In this document: positions 50,583 through 53,026 of the stretch, in pieces
Numbering within the stretch: position 1 is the first letter of the stretch
Layout: every line of letters starts with the position of its first letter
Made by a program: the position numbers and the translations under genes
Assembly: GCA_964590995.1 (NCBI GenBank)
Contig: CAZPYY010000002.1
Coordinates: 1-53,026, forward strand
DNA length: 53,026 nucleotides
Source: an uncultured Planctomycetia bacterium
GTDB lineage: Bacteria > Omnitrophota > Gorgyraeia > Duberdicusellales > 4484-171
Reading direction: 5' to 3'
The notes under the pieces: generated by a model
Databases searched by the model: none
Seen by the model: only the letters and a program-made list of their open reading frames with translations
What the model was told of the DNA's origin: nothing

Positions 50583-51815
50583 ATGAATATCTATCTGGTA
50601 GTTATATTAGCTATTATTATTGGTAATTATATCTTGGATTTAATTATCGAGCTTCTCAATATAAGGTCTATACGAGAGGAACTGCCTCGGGAGTTTGAAG
50701 GCTTTTATGACTTAGCTAAGTATAAGAAGTCCCAAGATTACTTAAAGGATAACACTTATTTTAAGTTAATTCAAGGTACGGTTATAACTGCAGCGGTCTT
50801 GTTTCTTATCTTAAGCGGCGGATTTAACTTTATTGATAGAATAGCTAGAAGCTTTGGCTTTGGTATTATCCCTACTGGCCTTATCTTTGCCGTGATCTTA
50901 TTCTTTTTCTTTCAGATTATCGAGATACCTTTTTCCATATACCATACCTTTGTTATCGAGGAAAAATACGGTTTAAACCGTACAAGACCTGAGACTTTTA
51001 TCTTAGATATTTTAAAGGACTGGCTACTATCAACTATTATCGGCGGGATACTTCTTTCGCTGATTCTTTGGTTCTTTATAAAGAGCGGTAATCTAGCTTG
51101 GGTCTTTTGTTGGTTAGGAGTAACTATATTTGAGTTCTTTTTAATTTTTATTGCTCCAATAGTAATTATGCCTTTATTTAATAAGTTCACTCCGCTAGAG
51201 GAGGGGGAATTAAAGCAAGCAATCCAAACCTATGCTCGGGATCAGAATTTTAAGTTAAAGGGTTTATTTAAGATGGATGGCTCGCGGCGTTCTTCTAAGT
51301 CTAATGCTTTCTTTACTGGTTTTGGTATGTATCGACGGATTGTTTTATTTGATACCTTAATCAAGAATCATGGTGTTGATGAGTTAGGCTCAATATTAGC
51401 CCATGAGATGGGTCATTACAAGAAGAAACATATTCTAAAGATGATGGCTATCTCCATCCTTACTAATGGTTTGAAGTTTTTTATTCTCTCTCTTTTTATT
51501 AATAATCCCGGGATGTTTGCTGCTTTTAGGATGGATAATCTCTCAATTTACGCTAGCCTTTTATTCTTTAGTTTTCTCTATAGACCGATTAATATAATTC
51601 TCTCCTTAGCCGGTAATGCTCTCTCGCGAAGGCACGAGTATGAGGCTGATAAATATACGGTCTCTACTTACAAAAAGCCCGAAGCCTTTATTTTGGCCTT
51701 GAAGAAGTTAAGTATAGATAACCTCTCTAATTTAACACCCCATCCTTTAAAGGTCTTTATATCCTATAGCCACCCCCCGGTTTTAGAGCGGATTAAGGTT
51801 TTAAAAACAGCTTAG
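50583..51815 (+). CDS. M48 family integral-membrane Zn metalloprotease (Ste24/HtpX-like)
   Basis: Multi-TM N-terminus. HEMGH and the distal EYEAD motif. 410 aa. Confidence 0.85.
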   Translation: MNIYLVVILAIIIGNYILDLIIELLNIRSIREELPREFEGFYDLAKYKKSQDYLKDNTYFKLIQGTVITAAVLFLILSGGFNFIDRIARSFGFGIIPTGLIFAVILFFFFQIIEIPFSIYHTFVIEEKYGLNRTRPETFILDILKDWLLSTIIGGILLSLILWFFIKSGNLAWVFCWLGVTIFEFFLIFIAPIVIMPLFNKFTPLEEGELKQAIQTYARDQNFKLKGLFKMDGSRRSSKSNAFFTGFGMYRRIVLFDTLIKNHGVDELGSILAHEMGHYKKKHILKMMAISILTNGLKFFILSLFINNPGMFAAFRMDNLSIYASLLFFSFLYRPINIILSLAGNALSRRHEYEADKYTVSTYKKPEAFILALKKLSIDNLSNLTPHPLKVFISYSHPPVLERIKVLKTA

Positions 51816-51822
51816 CCGTAAG

Positions 51823-53013
51823 ATGAGATATGTTATACATGTAGATATGGATGCTTTTTTCGCGGCTATAGAGCAGCGGGATAATTCTGCTCTTATTGGC
51901 AAGCCAGTAATAGTCGGAGCTGACCCTAAGAAAGGCAAGGGCAGGGGGGTTGTTTCAACCTGCTCTTATGAAGCTAGAAAGTTTGGTGTTCATTCTGGCC
52001 AACCAATATCTACAGCTTATAAAATCTGCCCTAAGGGCATGTTTCTGCCGGTAGATTCCGAGAAGTATAGCCAAGTATCCGATGAAATTTATGAGATCTT
52101 CTATGAATTTACCCCTAAAGTTGAGATGATAAGTGTTGATGAAGCTTTTTTAGATATAACTGGAAGCCATCATCTCTTCGGAGGCCCTTTAGAGACTTGT
52201 AAGTTATTAAAGTCTAGAATAAAGGAGAAGACCAAGTTAACCGCCTCAGTTGGTTTAGCTACTACTAAGATGGTTGCTAAAATCGCCTCAGATATTGATA
52301 AGCCTGATGGTTTGATTGAGGTTAAGCAAGATAAAGTTCTTGATTTTCTCTGGCCCTTAGATATTGATAAGATTTGGGGATTGGGTAAGAAGAGTAAAGT
52401 TATCTTTAATAATTTAGGAATTAAGACCATTGGTGATTTAGCTAAGAAGGATTTGAAAGAAGTAGAAGAGATTCTAGGTAAAAATGGTGAATACTTCTGG
52501 GCCTTGGCTAATGGTATAGATGAGAGGGAAGTAGAGACCGAAGAAGAGACTAAGTCAATAAGCAATGAGCATACTTTTGCTGAGGATACAGGTGATAAAA
52601 GAATAATTGATGCTGCTTTAATTGGTCTTTGTGAGAAGGTATCTGGACGCTTGCGTCAAGAGGACTTTAAGGGAAAGACCATTACTTTAAAGATAAGATT
52701 AGAAGGGTTTTTGACTTATACCCGAGCTAAAACTTTGGGTAAACCGACTAATTTTATGGATACAATCTACAAGACCATAAAAGAGCTTTTGAATAAGTTT
52801 AATCGTAAGGGCAAGAAGGTGCGTTTAGTAGGAGTTAAGGTCTCAAATTTTACTTTAGGAGAAGTTCAGACTACTCTCTTTGAAGAGAAAGGTGAAGAAA
52901 AGCAGGAGAGAATGCATCAGGCCATTGATAAAATAAAGAATAAATTTGGCCGGGGAGCAATTTTTCGGGCCGGAGGCAAATTAACCTCCGGACAGAGAGG
53001 CAAAAAGCCTTGA
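51823..53013 (+). CDS. dinB: DNA polymerase IV (Y-family)
   Basis: HVDMDAFFAAIEQRD, SIDEAFLD-like (SVDEAFLDIT) and IWGLGKK motifs. 396 aa. Confidence 0.9.
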   Translation: MRYVIHVDMDAFFAAIEQRDNSALIGKPVIVGADPKKGKGRGVVSTCSYEARKFGVHSGQPISTAYKICPKGMFLPVDSEKYSQVSDEIYEIFYEFTPKVEMISVDEAFLDITGSHHLFGGPLETCKLLKSRIKEKTKLTASVGLATTKMVAKIASDIDKPDGLIEVKQDKVLDFLWPLDIDKIWGLGKKSKVIFNNLGIKTIGDLAKKDLKEVEEILGKNGEYFWALANGIDEREVETEEETKSISNEHTFAEDTGDKRIIDAALIGLCEKVSGRLRQEDFKGKTITLKIRLEGFLTYTRAKTLGKPTNFMDTIYKTIKELLNKFNRKGKKVRLVGVKVSNFTLGEVQTTLFEEKGEEKQERMHQAIDKIKNKFGRGAIFRAGGKLTSGQRGKKP

Positions 53014-53026
53014 CTGGCTTAAATTA

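Overview
AT-rich (about 40% GC by eye, not computed), very tightly packed chromosomal segment. About 60 genes are present and all but one lie on the + strand, many with 1-8 nt start/stop overlaps. LPS-core heptosyltransferases and a TonB-dependent receptor point to a diderm bacterium. Hydrogenase, Rex and several radical-SAM genes point to an anaerobe, probably an uncultivated lineage (taxonomy is a guess). No rRNA, CRISPR array, transposase or integrase was seen.

Gene blocks, in order:
1. 1-4.1 kb: envelope genes (polysaccharide deacetylase and three tandem GT9 heptosyltransferases).
2. 4.2-20.3 kb: one long operon behind a sigma70 promoter with a Rex-type operator. It encodes a group-4 membrane-bound [NiFe] hydrogenase (NuoH/B/C/D/I-like core), a complete seven-function Mrp antiporter module, a HycB-like ferredoxin and a sulfhydrogenase beta/gamma (AsrAB-like) FAD/NAD(P)-type module. 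These are followed by the maturation endopeptidase, a zinc-finger-less mini HypA, an in-frame HypC-HydE fusion, rex, and a HydG-like radical-SAM enzyme with an altered C-terminal Cys motif.
3. 20.3-30.5 kb: housekeeping genes (AKR, epimerase, HAD, lipoproteins, nuclease, M48 peptidase, glyQS, ppdK, sigma factor, apt, tRNA-Arg-CCU).
4. 30.5-36.4 kb: a cobalamin riboswitch with terminator controlling btuFCD-like transport and cobC-cobU-cobT-cobS corrinoid salvage.
5. 36.4-38.7 kb: an unannotated 43-codon lysine-rich ORF, a radical-SAM/SPASM enzyme and a Dph6/MJ0570-type PP-loop ATPase. A second, atypical cobalamin riboswitch and a TonB-dependent receptor follow.
6. 40.9-49.5 kb: signalling genes (tail-anchored zf-HC2 anti-sigma protein with acidic repeats, uppP, STAS-PilZ fusion, REC-GGDDF-MshEN-like protein) and an EF-G carrying a 340-aa N-terminal transmembrane plus coiled-coil extension.
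7. 49.5-53 kb: MscS, Ste24-like M48 protease, DinB.

The most interesting candidates are the HypC-HydE/HydG-variant maturation set attached to a [NiFe] hydrogenase, the NAD(P)H-module/Mrp hydrogenase architecture, the small-ORF/rSAM-SPASM/PP-loop cluster, and the membrane-anchored EF-G.
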